Of a stretch of 64,000 bases of DNA, positions 1 through 12,775 are shown one piece after another. The DNA is from Anthoceros angustus. Its lineage: Eukaryota; Plantae; Anthocerotophyta. The first letter of the stretch is position 1; every line of letters starts with the position of its first letter. The notes under the pieces were generated by a model, which ran no database searches, was not told the origin of the DNA, and worked only from the letters and a program-made list of their open reading frames with translations. Position numbers and translations under genes: made by a program. The stretch covers positions 558,001 through 622,000 of the forward strand of contig MU008175.1 in NCBI GenBank assembly GCA_010909165.1, in the 5' to 3' direction.

Positions 1-91
1 CTGTGAGCAAGAATTGTTTTGGGCTTGGTGAGGAGAGCAAGGGCAAGGACCTTTGAGCTGTGAGCAAGAGCAAATCACCGAGGAGGAGAAA

Positions 92-352
92 CTCCTACCA
101 TGGTAGGAGAAACTCCTACCATGGTAGGAGAAGGAGGAAGAAGGAGGAGGCATCACTTTTCTTCAATTTCTGCAAGTACTAACCAAGGAGGCCATGACCA
201 AGCCTACCATGACCAAGGGCAAGGAGGAGAAACTCCTACCATGGTAGGAGGTGTCCTACCATGGTAGGAGGTGTCCTACCACCGTAGGAGAAACTCCTAC
301 CATGGTAGGAGGTGTCCTACCATGGTAGGAGGATGTCCTACCATGGTAGGAG
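92..352. repeat. Arrays of the 18-bp palindrome CTCCTACCATGGTAGGAG and variants (20-21 bp period)
   Basis: Perfect palindrome at 92-109, 113-130 and 233-250, then about five more units to 352. Similar arrays at 555-635, 2771-2875, 4631-4730 and 7200-7290. Confidence 0.9.
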
Positions 353-354
353 GG

Positions 355-2300
355 TGGAAATTTGACATGCCCTTATTTACGCATGCAGGCCAGCTATCCT
401 CTAGAGACCTTTCGGACTTTCGACCTTGGGCAGCAGAGAGAATATACAGAGGGGTGTATGGCGACATTGGTCTTACACCAACCTTGAATTGATAGAAGAG
501 TGTTTTGCTAATTTGCAGCATTTGGAAGAGGAATTGGCCGCCTTACCGGATAGATCCTACCACCGTAGGAGAAACTCCTACCGTGGTAGGAGGTGTCCTA
601 CCACCGTAGGAGAAACTCCTACCATGGTAGGAGGATAGCGGAATCACGTTGATGGAAGGAAGAAGGAGGCAAGCGTGCATCAACGGCGGATCTTCCCAAG
701 GAGCCCTTACCCTTATGCAAGGGGCATGAAGGCTAAGTCTAAGAATGGTTGGCGGACGGACCAAATCTTGGAGCCCAAGTGGAGATTGTTCACAAGAATT
801 GTTTTGGGCTTGGTGAGCAATCCAAGGGTGTCATATTTCAGCACTACCTTCCTCCATTTTCTATGGAAGATCACTCAAGGAGCGAAGCCGGATTGGGGCT
901 CATCATGTATGAAGCATACACCTACCACCGTAGGAGAAACTCCTACCATGACCAAGGGCAAGGAGGAGGAGGAGAAAGGCCATGCTATCTTAGCACTTAT
1001 CTAGTGCATTTGTGGGAAGTAGAGGGCTACTCACAAGTAAGGAGTTGGATGATTCCAAGCATCCCTTTAACATTGTGTACTTACTGTGAGAGGGACAGGA
1101 GTGCTTGGTGCTTTGCGGCTAAAGGAGGTGCCGCAGCACCACAGGACATTATTCGGAAGGAACTCCTACCATGACCAAGGGCAAGGACCTTTGAGCTGTG
1201 AGCAAGGGCAAGGACCTTTGAGCTGTGAGCAAGGGCAAGGACCTTTGAGCTGTGAGCAAGAGGAGGAGGAGATGGAAGGTAGGATAGATCCTACCATGGC
1301 GAATCCCGCGAGGGTGGGAGGTGTTCCCACAGGGTTTGGGACCCCTTCTCCTACCATGACCAAGGGCAAGGAGGAGAAACTCCTACCATGACCAAGGGCA
1401 AGGAGGAGAAACTCCTACCATGGTAGGAGCACCTCCTACCACGGTAGGAGGAAAGGAAGTCACGGTTTGGAAGCTCCCAAGGAAGGAGGAGAGCAAGGGC
1501 AAGGACCTTTGAGCTGTGAGCAAGAGGAGAAACTCCTACCACGGTAGGAGGAGTTGCCCACCAAGTGATGAGCGGGAGCTCATCATAGGGAAGCAAGGGA
1601 TGTAAGATCCCATGAGCAAGGCAAAGGCCTTGAGTCTCCGGAGGTAAGAAGGAGACTTGGACATGTTGGAGGAGAGCAAGGGCAAGGACCTTTGAGCTGT
1701 GAGCAAGAGGAGGAGAAGGAGGAGGAAGAGGAGAGTTGAATTCTTGAAGACGGAGGCGGAAGACAAGGACCTACCAAGCAAGGGAAAAGAAGGAGGAGAA
1801 ACTCCTACCATGGTAGGAGGATGTTATGAGGATGGAAGCTCAAGTGGAGCACTTGGAAAGAGTCTTGAAACAAGGCACAGGAGGCAAACAATCATATTCG
1901 GAGAACAAGGCTCTTACCAAGCAATTGGCAGCTCGAGAGGAGAAGGTGGAGCAACTTGCTCACATGGTGCGCATGGGAAAAGAAGGAAGACAAGCAAGTG
2001 CTGCTAATGGAGGAAGAGGAAGAGGAGAGGAAGAAGAAGAAGAAGAAGAAGAAGAAGAAGAAGAGCAAGAGGAGGAGGAGGAGGAGAAGGTGGAAGATTA
2101 GTGACATGGAAAAGGAGGAGGAGGAGAAATCCGGAGGCTGGAATTGAAGGAAGAAGAGCTGGAAGAACGGACACATTTTGTCCAAAGATTGGAAATGGAA
2201 CGAGAAGTCCAAAGAACGGAGAGTGCACAACTCCCTAGGAGGATAGGGAGTTGGAGGAAGAAATGGCAAAGGAGAAGGCCGCCAAGAGGAGGAGGAGGAA
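355..2300 (+). pseudogene. Relic of a retroelement accessory ORF with a Glu-rich coiled-coil C-terminus, copy 1
   Basis: Fragments FDMPLFTHAGQ..., ARGMKAKSKNGW..., YLSTYLVHLWEVEG..., MRMEAQVEHLE... and KEEELEERTHFVQRLEMERE are collinear with copies at 8630-9470, 10090-11850 and 12200-12775. Confidence 0.55.
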
Positions 2301-4630
2301 GGAGTTGGAGGAGGAGGAGGAAGGAGTTGGAGGAAGGAACTCCTACCGTGGTAGGAGGATGAGCCGCCAAGAGGAGGAGGAGGAGGAGGAGGAGAATGTG
2401 GCTCTCCATGTCAAGACCGGTGAGCTGGCCTTGGAGCGAGATGCTTACAAAAGCAAGTGTGAGCATGGAGTATGGCTTGAGGATTACGAAGAATTGGAGA
2501 TGGCACAACAACGATTTGCAGCCCATCTTCACAACAAGGTGCTCAAGGCCACTAACGAGTTGTTGCGACTTGTCGAGAGGAGGATGTTGGGACCTCATGA
2601 CGATGATAGGGAGGCCCTCATGCAAGTCCAACCGGAAGCCTTAGACTTGGAGAGTGTCCCAAGCAACATGAGTGGAGGAAGAGGAGGAGGAGGAGGAGGA
2701 AGAGGAGGAAGGAGGAGGAGGAAGGAGATGCATCCCATGAGCAAGAGGAGGAAGGAGGAGAAGACCAACCTCCTACCACGGTAGGAACTCCTACCGTGGT
2801 AGGAGGAGTTCCTACCGTGGTAGGAGGGACTCCTACCGTGGTAGGAGGAAGGAACTCCTACCGTGGTAGGAGGAAGGAAGAAGCGGATTCAAAGGTCTAG
2901 CATGGATTTGACGGGAGGCGAGTACCTTGGCCCTTGCGGAAGAAGGAAGAGGGGTTGATCTTGCAGAATGGAGCAAGAATCACAAGGAGAAGACCAACCT
3001 CCTACCATGGTAGGAGGAAGGAGGAGCTCACTTGCTCCACAAGTGAGAGGAAGAGGAGGAAGAGGAGGATGAGCCGGTGGCTAAGAGAGCCCGGGCTATT
3101 TTATTGGAGGAAGGAACTCAAGATAGGCATCAAGATAAGGAAGGGATTCATAAGAAGTCCTTAAATTAGCTTGAAGACATGGGGCAAGATGCCACTTGGG
3201 AAGACTTTTCTTTAGAGGAGGAGGATTAATGCTTGTCACCAAGAGAGTGTGTTGACTAGCTAGATAGGAATGTTGACAGAGCCATTAAGGCTCACATAGG
3301 TGAATTTTGCTAGAATAGAATTTTACCCAAGATGCTTGGATGTCGAACTTAAAGTCAATAGGATACACTAAAATAAGGAGTTGGAGGAAGGCAAGAGGAG
3401 GAGGAGGAGGAGGAGGCTGTATGTGAGGACCTCCCTATAAAAGGAGGGAGCTTGTGAAGTAAAATTATCGTGTCTTGCGCCCATCCTCCCGAGTCCTTCA
3501 CTTTGTGCGTGAATTTCCGCAAGGGAGGAGGAGTTGGAGGAAGAGGAGGAGGAGGAGGAGGAGGAGGAGGAGGAGGAGGCTTGCTCTTTGCAGCGCTAGC
3601 CGCCTTGTGAATGGTTGTCAGGTGAATTGTTTTGCTTTGAGTGTGTGGCGATGCTCAAGGAACTCTCGGCTTGAGGGTAGACTGCAGGAAAGACTCGGAG
3701 GTTCTCGCCGTCTGCAAACCACATAGCAACCGCCCAAGGAAGAACTCGCAATTCCTGACGACCCTGTGCAACAGCCGGGCGAGTTGGAATTAATGAGCCA
3801 GCAATTGGTGTTAGAGTAGGAGATTGTGGAGGAAGGAAGGGTAGATGAGTAGAGAAGAAGAGGGCGTTGTTGATTGAGAGAGTTGTGAGGAGGATTAGAG
3901 TGTAGGAAACTAAGGCCTGTGTGCAGCCTAAGGGACGAATCCCAACTGCAAGAGGCGCCTCCTGTGGAGAAGAGTGTCTTAGGAGTAGGGACGGTTGCGG
4001 TGGGGTCAGGTCCCCGTGATAGACACCTTGTCATAAGACGAACTGCAATTGGTGTCGTTGTAGGTTGAGGTTTGGTGAAGACATGGGGCAAGATGCCACT
4101 TGGGAAGACTTTTCTTTAGAGGAGGAGGAGGAAGAGGCGCCTTGCTTGTTTAGAAGGCTGAGGTAGTGTAGTCACAGTAGTGACGATTCAAGATTCGACT
4201 GCCCAAGTCTCATGGGACGAAACCCAACGTATTTAAACGAAGTGATAAGTGTGGCCGCTAGAGGGAATCTCGAGTGCCCCGGGGTTTTCCTCCCACCTTC
4301 TCCAACTCGCGCCATGGCGCCCGGGCCTGACCCAAGTACTTTGCTTGGAACCGACGCCCCTCCCATATCCGCTGCCTCTTTTGCCAACGCTGGCCTCACT
4401 GCAGCCTCCGACTGCTCACCCTTGAGGAGGAGCATTCCAGCCTCCTCCTCGCCCATACTGGCGCCCTTTTATCCTCTCGATTTCCGATTGTCCTAGCAGC
4501 CTTTCTGCACAACGCCCTTCTGCTCATTTGACCTCTCGCTGGCAAAAGAAGGAAGGGATTCATAAGAAGTCCTTAAATTAGCTTGAAGACATGGGGCAAG
4601 ATGCCACTTGGGAAGACTTTTCTTTAGAGG

Positions 4631-4730
4631 AGGAGAAACTCCTACCACCGTAGGAGAAACTCCTACCACCGTAGGAGAAACTCCTACCACCGTAGGAGAA
4701 ACTCCTACCATGGTAGGAGGTGTCCTACCA
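4631..4730. repeat. Tandem array of a 21-bp unit ggagaaactcctaccaccgta (about 4 copies)
   Basis: Read directly from the sequence. Confidence 0.9.
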
Positions 4731-4779
4731 CCAGAGGAGGAAGAAAATGAAATCGCATTCCCTGATCCGCTCGCCTAGT

Positions 4780-6070
4780 TTCTCGTCATAATCAAACTCT
4801 TGCAGTAGTACCCACGGCAATCCTTCACGACAAATCGGCTTGTTCACAAGGTACTTCAGCAAAATGGTCAACATGAAGCGTCACTTTGCAAGCAAGAGAT
4901 AGTGCCTAAACTTCTTCACGAGTAAATGATACCAAGACCCTCTCGCTCTGTGGTTGAGTAGTTCTTCTCAGCATCCGTGAGTGTCTAGCATAGAAAATCG
5001 GATGGTCCGTTTCTTCTCGTCCTTACGGCTTAAGATGGTCCCAATGGCATAAGCGGACACATCACGTATACATGAAAGCGGTTTCTCCCAATCGGCGGCG
5101 CGTGGTGCGCTCACGGCTGTCCTTCTGAAAAGCCTCCTTCTTCGGGTCCATTCGAAGGTGTATCCTTCTTGGTCAATTGGGTCAAGGCTGCCTTCTTAGC
5201 AAAATCCTTGATGAACCTCTGTAATATCCTACCGGTCCTACAAAGCGCACTTGCCTCTCCGTTTGGGGTCGTCCATCTCGGCTATAGCGCCACCTTCTCC
5301 TTATCTACACCGCAATCCTCTTGAAACTCGATGTGCCAACAAAATACCTTCCGTCATGCCAAAATAACACTTCGGATGAAGCTTCATGTTGGACTCCACA
5401 AAACATTGTCTTAGGTGTCTAGGTGCGACTTCCTCAAAACAGCAAAATCATCCGAAATACCTCCATGAACTTCCGCGAAAATCTCGGAAGATAGCATTCA
5501 CCACCGAAAAGTGGCGGGGCGTTGCACAAGCGAAGGTAGCTTGGAATAAGCGTAAGTGCCCCAATCGGTTGTGAGCGTAGTCTTGTCTGGTCCTCCTCCT
5601 CAGCGAAATCGATTGTAACCAGTACCCATCTAAGCCACATTTCATGGCCACCGTGTCCGCTGTCCATGAAAGGCAAAAGTGGTGGTCCTTCTTCGTTGCT
5701 TCATTAAGCTTCACGAAATCGACACCCGTACCTTCCCTGTTGCTTCTTAGGTACAATTACAATGGGCGACCCACTCCTTTGGTAAACCGGATAAATCACC
5801 CGGCTTCCAAGTATTGGTCGGTGATCCTTGCGACCATAGAATACTTGGGATTCAGCTGTGCTTGATCCTTACAGTCTGCCCCTCCTTCAAATCGATTGAT
5901 GTATCCCCAATTCTTTGAATTCTGTCATGTCGGTAATCTTGAAGGCAAACACATCGACATATTCTCTAAGGACCCTCTGAAATTCTTCTTTTCTACCACT
6001 CCTAGATGCAGAGATCTTGACCACCTTCGGGTTCTAGCTCCAAGTCCTCTCTGCGTCACGGATCTACATA
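4780..6070 (-). mobile_element. Degenerate Ty3/Gypsy pol fragment (RT and RNase H)
   Basis: Frameshifted minus-strand motifs: DQYLEAG..SPIVIVPKK, DFVKLNEATKKDH, MPFMD..GHEM, FAEEEDQ and LCNAP (RT); DVSAYAIGTILS and HPIFYA (RNase H). Confidence 0.8.
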
Positions 6071-6421
6071 AGTCCCTTGGTGCTACACACTATTCACGAT
6101 CCTTCGTCGGAAATCGCGATCATAGGCTCTACCCTTCGAGGCTACTCCTTCTCTATGTGCCTCGTCCTCGGCTCCTCCTCTGACACCATCTACTTGTGGC
6201 GGTGTACACCAACTCAGTTTTATTGCCACCTCAAGCTGCCCAAGGCCCCCATACAGCAACGCCCTGCACACGCCCGTGTTGAGGAGGAGGAGGAGGAGAG
6301 CAAGGGCAAGGAGGCAACCGCCAGCGCCCAAGAGAGGAAGAAGGAGGAAAAGAGGAAGAAGAGAAGGAGAAGAAGGTTGGGCAACCCAACACTTGCCAAG
6401 CTCGTGAGGGTGCCTTGCTCC

Positions 6422-6905
6422 ATGACACAAGCGACCTCGTGAGGAGAAAAGGTAACCTACATGACTTAAATGTAATGCACTGCGGCCAAATCAAAGACAC
6501 AAGCGTACCATACAACCAAGGCACGCCTATCAAAACCTTGTAGCCTAGATCGACCGGCCTCATGACAATGTAGGTAAGATGGAATGTGAGACCACCAATC
6601 ACGGTTGGCACATTTCGGCACCCCAAAGGTTTCCTCCTTGTTTGATCGCCATCCTCAAGAACACTCGGATTAGGTTAAACTTGGTGAAACCAAGGCGATG
6701 GGCTGTCTCCTCATCATCAAGTTGACTCGAACCCGAATCTAATGGCACATTAGGCACCAAGCACTGCAATCTCAATTTCAATCTCTGGCGCTCCCAAATC
6801 AACAAGTTCAACCACATTTACCTCCACCGGCCTCCTTCTCGTCCCCATGGTTCGGATCCCCTAATCGCTTCCTTCACAATTTTTGCGGGATCTTGGACTC
6901 ACAAG
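6422..6905 (+). repeat. About 480-bp direct repeat, copy 1 (copy 2 at 8159-8636)
   Basis: Near-identical sequence from atgacaca...gcgacctcgtgagg to ...ggactcacaag. Confidence 0.9.
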
Positions 6906-7230
6906 CAATTGTCTCAAGTGACCACAAATTCTCGGTCAAGCAATGCATCGTGGCGGAGATCTTGTCAATGTTTCCTCCCGTTTGCAGCCACGATGCTGGT
7001 CGGCTCCGACCTTATTGGTAAACTCCTCACACTCTTGGTCCCTTGGTGGGACTCCATGATCGTGATTGTCAATTTCGAGCTCACTCTTCTTCCATCTTCG
7101 CATGTTGGGTGAGCCTCCTTAGCTCATCCTCCAACATTTGCCACTTCTTCGATGTGGAAACACCCTTCCTCCCCTCTTCGCTTGTGGGTGGGTCACTCCC
7201 TCCCTCCTACCATGGTAGGTTCGCCTCCTA
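6902..7230 (+). repeat. About 330-bp direct repeat, copy 1 (copy 2 at 9458-9790)
   Basis: Near-identical sequence from caagcaattgtctcaagtgacc to ctcctaccatggtaggttcgcctcctaccgtgg. Confidence 0.9.
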
Positions 7231-8629
7231 CCGTGGTAGGAGGGAAAACGCCTACCATGGTAGGAGGATGTCCTACCACCGTAGGAGATAGGTTGCTAAG
7301 GAAAGTAGCTTATGTTTTAGGCAGGATAGGCTTGCTATATATAGAGTCTTTTAGTGGACTAGATAAATAGGCCAAAATAGGTAATTAAGAAATTAGAGGC
7401 TAATTTTGAATTAGAAATTAGAAAAATAGGGAAATGGTATTTTAGTATAAGGAATTAGGAAACTAACATCAATGGTGAGAGGGGCCACGTGGCACACATC
7501 CAAGGGCAGGATAGAATGGTAGTTACTTTTCTAACCCTTGGGTGACTTATAAAAGTGGTCGCAGTGCCCGCAGGAGGCCATGACCAAGCCTACCATGGTA
7601 GGAGAAACTCCTACCACCGTAGGAGAAAAGGCGCCGCCACACCTCAAGCTGCCCAAGGCCCCCATACAGCAACGCCGCACACGCGCCTGTGTTGAGGAGG
7701 AGGAGGAGGAGAGCAAGGGCAAGGAGGCGGAAATCCACGTGCGCCCAAGAGAGGAAGAAGGAGGAAAAGAGGAAGAAGAGAAGGGAGAAGAAGGTTGGGC
7801 GCAACCCAACACTTGCCAAGCTCGTGAGGGTGCCTAGGAGGGTGGAGCGTGGCAAGATTGCTAGGAAACCGTGCAGGAAGGGCTCCTAAATTGCAAGGTG
7901 TAAGAGTCCGGGGAATTTTGGTGAGCTTTCTGCAGGAGAAATCGGGGTTTCGGAGACGCCAAGGTGTAAGGACTGCAGGAGGAGAGCAAGGGCAAGGACC
8001 TTTGAGCTGTGAGCAAGAGCAAATCACCGAGGAGGAGGAGAAACGCAAAGGATAAGAAGTCGGGCAGGAGCCGCAGGAATTGCAGGAGAGGCATCACTTT
8101 TCTTCCGTTCCTCTCGTTCACGGCGCTTTCCGGATTTTGGTCTTTCTCTCGGCGCTCGATGACACAAAGCGACCTCGTGAGGCCCTACCTACATGACTTA
8201 AATGTAATGCACTGCGGCCAAATCAAAGACACAAGCGTACCATACAACCAAGGCACGCCTATCAAAACCTTGTAGCCTAGATCGACCGGCCTCATGACAA
8301 TGTAGGTAAGATGGAATGTGAGACCACCAATCACGGTTGGCACATTTCGGCACCCCAAAGGTTTCCTCCTTGTTTGATCGCCATCCTCAAGAACACTCGG
8401 ATTAGGTTAAACTTGGTGAAACCAAGGCGATGGGCTGTCTCCTCATCATCAAGTTGACTCGAACCCGAATCTAATGGCACATTAGGCACCAAGCACTGCA
8501 ATCTCAATTTCAATCTCTGGCGCTCCCAAATCAACAAGTTCAACCACATTTACCTCCACCGGCCTCCTTCTCGTCCCCATGGTTCGGATCCCCTAATCGC
8601 TTCCTTCACAATTTTGCGGGATCTTGGAC

Positions 8630-11600
8630 TCACAAGTAAGGAGTTGGATGATTCCAAGCATCCCTTTAACATTGTGTACTTACTGTGAGAGGGACAGGAG
8701 TGCTTGGTGCTTTGCTAAAGGAGGTGCCGCACCACCGGACATTATTGCCGGAAGGAATCCTCCAAAGATAGGCCGAGGATGTGCGGAGGACTTGCAAGGA
8801 GAAGTTGTAGGGGATTTGAAGTTTGGACCGCTGGAGGATGCGGAGATGGAAGGTAGGATAGATCCTACCATGGCGGTGAATCCCGCGAGGGTGGGAGGTG
8901 TTCCCAAAGGGTTTGGGACCCCTTCCCTCTCATGACAAGGCCTACGGCAGAATTAGTCCTACCACGGTAGGAAGTAGTCCTACTGGAGCACCTCCTACCA
9001 CGGTAGGAGGGAAAGGAAGTCACGGTTTGGAAGCTCCCAAGAGGAGATAAGAAGGCAACCGGCCCTGCTAGGTGGGCGAGCGGATGGAGTCACGGTGGGA
9101 GGAGTTGCCCCACCAAGTGATGAGCGGGAGCTCATCATAGGGAAGCAAGGGATGTAGATCCCATGAGCAAGGCAAAGGCCTTGAGTCTCCCGGAGGTAAG
9201 AAAGGAGACTTAGACATGTTGGAGGAGATGCTGCGATAGGGGAGTTGGAGGAAGAAGAAGAAGAGCTGGAAGAGGAGAGTTGAATTCTTGAAGACGGAGG
9301 CGGAGAAGACAAGGACCTACCAAGCAAGGGAAATTGGTAGGCGAAACCCAAAGGTGGAGGATGTTATGAGGATGGAAGCTCAAGTGGAGCACTTGGAAAA
9401 GAGTCTTGAAACAAGGCAAGGAGGCAAACAATCATATTCGGAGAACAAGGCTCTTACCAAGCAATTGTCTCAAGTGACCACAAATTCTCGGTCAAGCAAT
9501 GCATCGTGGCGGAGATCTTGTCAATGTTTCCTCCCGTTTGCAGCCACGATGCTGGTCGGCTCCGACCTTATTGGTAAACTCCTCACACTCTTGGTCCCTT
9601 GGTGGGACTCCATGATCGTGATTGTCAATTTCGAGCTCACTCTTCTTCCATCTTCGCATGTTGGGTGAGCCTCCTTAGCTCATCCTCCAACATTTGCCAC
9701 TTCTTCGATGTGGAAACACCCTTCCTCCCCTCTTCGCTTGTGGGTGGGTCACTCCCTCCTCCTACCATGGTAGGTTCGCCTCCTACCGTGGCGTTCCTCC
9801 TACCATGGTAGGAGCATCTCTTGGCGTCTTATGGACCTCTTCATTTCCTCCTCCTCTACCAAATTCCGACCCCACGAGTCTCTGGAGGGTGAGTCGTCCC
9901 TCACCTTCCTTTTCTTCAATCCACAGATACAGATTCATCAAGAAAATCAATTCGCTTCCACCTTCAAAGCCGCGTTGTGGTCACCGTGATTGCGGTTTGA
10001 GTTGGACGGCGTTCCTTCCGCTGCTCTGTGAACCTCACCCACAGGCGTCTTGAGGCTACCCTTGCTACTCCACGAACACCTTGGGTCACCAACCTTGAAT
10101 TGATAGAGGAGTGTTTTGCTAATTTGCAGCAGAAGAGGAATTGGCCGCCTTACCGGATAGAAACGCACGGACGGATCCACGGTGTTGGATTGTAAGGAGC
10201 ATACGCTGTATATGGCAGCCGGATAGCGAGGATAGCGGAATCACGTTGATGGAAGGAACGAGTGAGGCAAGCGTGCATCAACGGCGGATCTTCCCAAGGG
10301 AGCCCTTACACTTATGCAAGGGGCATGAAGGCTAAGTCCAAGAACGGTTGGACGGACCAAATCTTGGAGCCCAAGTGGAGATTGTTCACAAGAATTGTTT
10401 TGGGCTTGGTGAGCAATCCAAGGGTGTCATATTTCAGCACTACCTTCCTCCATTTTCTATGGAAGATCACTCAAGGAGAAGCCGGATTGGGGCTCATCAT
10501 GTATGAAGCATACACCTACCACCGGAAAAGTCAAACCCAACGCTTGGATGAAGACAAATGCTATCTTAGCACTTATCTAGTGCATTTGTGGGAAGTAGAG
10601 GGCTACTCACAAGTAAGGAGTTGGATGATTCCAAGCATCCCTTTAACATTGTGTACTTACTGTGAGAGGGACAGGAGTGCTTGGTGCTTTGCGCTAAAGG
10701 AGGTGCCAAGACCACCGGACATTATTGCCGGAAGGAATCCTCCAAAGATAGGCCGAGGATGCGGAGGACTTGCAAGGAGAAGTTGTAGGGGATTTGAAGT
10801 TTGGACCGCTGGAGGATGCGGAGATGGAAGGTAGGATAGATCCTACCATGGTGAATCCCGCGAGGGTGGGAGGTGTTCCCACGTGGTTTGGGACCCCTTC
10901 GTCCTCTCATGACAAGGCCTACGGGCAATTAGTCCTACCACGGTAGGAAGTAGTCCTACTGGAGCACCTCCTACCACGGTAGGAGGGAAAGGAAGTCACG
11001 GTTTGGAAGCTCCCAAGAGGAGATAAGAAGGCAACCGGCCCTGCTAGGTGGGCGAGCGGATGGAGTCACGGGAGGAGTTGCACCAAGTGATGAGCTCATC
11101 ATAGGGAAGCAAGGGATGTAAGATCCCATGAGCAAGGCAAAGGCCTTGAGTCTCCCGGAGGTAAGAAAGGAGACTTAGACATGTTGGAGGAGATGCTGAT
11201 AGGGGAGATGTTCAAGAAGGTATAGAGGAGCCAAGAGGAGAGTTGAATTCTTGAAGACGGAGGCGAGAAGACAAGGACCTACCAAGCAAGGGAAATTGTG
11301 GTAGGAGGGAAAGGAAGTCACGGTTTGGAAGCTCCCAAGAGGAGGATGTTATGAGGATGGAAGCTCAAGTGGAGCACTTGGAAAAGAGTCTTGAAACAAG
11401 GCAACAGGAAACAAACCATCATATTCGGAGAACAAGGCTCTTACCAAGCAATTGGCAGCTCGAGAGGAGAAGGTGGAGCAACTTGCTCACATGGTGCGCA
11501 TATGGGAAAAGAAGGCGTAAGCAAGTGCTGCTAATGGAGGAAAGGTCAAGACGAGAGCAATCCAAGGGCAAGGAGGCCATGACCAAGGGCAAGACAAAGG

Positions 11601-12775
11601 CAAGTAGGCGACATGAGCGGGTCATAGCCACACAGCCGTGGAAGATTAGTGACATGGAAAAGGAGCGGGAGAAATCGAGGTCGGAATTGAAGGAAGAAGA
11701 GCTGGAAGAACGGACACATTTTGTCCAAAGATTGGAAATGGAACGAGAAGTCCAAGAACGGAGAATGCACAACTCCCTAGGAGGATAGGGGAGTTGGAGG
11801 AAGAAATGGCAAGGAGAAAGGCCGTCATGAGGCGGCAAAGATATGTTGGCGGTGAGGTGACCTCCGTGGAGCTTGATTTTTCACAGCCTTGACCTCCAAT
11901 TCATCAATCTTTTTAAAGCCTCCACTTGCCTGCAATCCCTCCTCCTGCGGTGGGCGTCTCTCCTTCTCCATCCTCGAACCGTCTTCCCTTTCCTCTCCTT
12001 CTCGCGCACGTTCAGCTTCCTCCCCTCTTCTTGACCTTCTCCAAGTCCTTCCTCATCGTCGTTCATAGGCTTTCTGGTTCTTCAGGCGTGGAGCTCTCTT
12101 GGGTACCACTCTCCTCACTTAGAAGAAGATGGGGACGAGCTGGAAGAGGAAGAAGAAGAAGAAGAAGAGCTAGACCTCCTGGACCCCTTCGCCTCCTCAT
12201 GACAAGGCCTACAGAATTAGTCCTACCACGGTAGGGAAGTAGTCCTACTGGAGCACCTCCTACCACGGTAGGAGGAAAGGAAGTCACGGTTTGGAAGCTC
12301 CCAAGAGGGAGATAAGAAGGCAACCGGCCCTGCTAGGTGGGCGAGCGGATGGAGTCACGGTGGGAGGAGTTGCACCAAGTGATGAGCGGGAGCTCATCAT
12401 AGGGAAGCAAGGGATGTAAGATCCCATGAGCAAGGCAAAGGCCTTGAGTCTCCCGGAGGTAAGAAAGGAGACTTAGACATGTTGGAGGAGATGCTGCGCA
12501 GGGAGATGTTCAAGGTAGATAGGAGCCGCCAAGAGGAGAGTTGAATTCTTGAAGACGGAGGCGAGAAGACAAGGACCTACCAAGCAAGGGAAATTGAAGG
12601 AAGAGGAGAAGGTCCTACCACGGTAGGAGGATGTTATGAGGATGGAAGCTCAAGTGGAGCACTTGGAAAAGAGTCTTGAAACAAGGCAACAGGAAACAAA
12701 CCATCATATTCGGAGAACAAGGCTCTTACCAAGCAATTGGCAGCTCGAGAGGAGAAGGTGGAGCAACTTGCTCTT
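8630..12775 (+). mobile_element. Further partial copies (2-4) of the accessory-ORF retroelement segment
   Basis: ORFs 8624-8935, 9288-9668, 10262-10834 and 11351-11788 share long identical peptide stretches with copy 1. Confidence 0.7.

Larger units (their letters stand above)
1..4750. mobile_element. Mosaic of retroelement-derived fragments with palindrome arrays and (GAG)/(GAA) tracts
   Basis: The same blocks recur at several places, e.g. taagaagtccttaaattagc...ttagaggaggag near 3150, 4560 and 13790, and gagcaagggcaaggacctttgagctgt near 36, 1170-1260, 1493, 1675 and 7984. No intact ORF. Confidence 0.7.

Noticed and set aside
231-352. CRISPR-like array of palindromic repeats
   Set aside because: Gaps between units are only 2-5 nt and recurrent, there are no unique spacers or cas genes, and the context is eukaryotic.
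1892-2784. Poly-Glu/Arg/Leu ORFs as genuine genes
   Set aside because: They come from (GAA)n/(GAG)n tracts and stitched repeat fragments.
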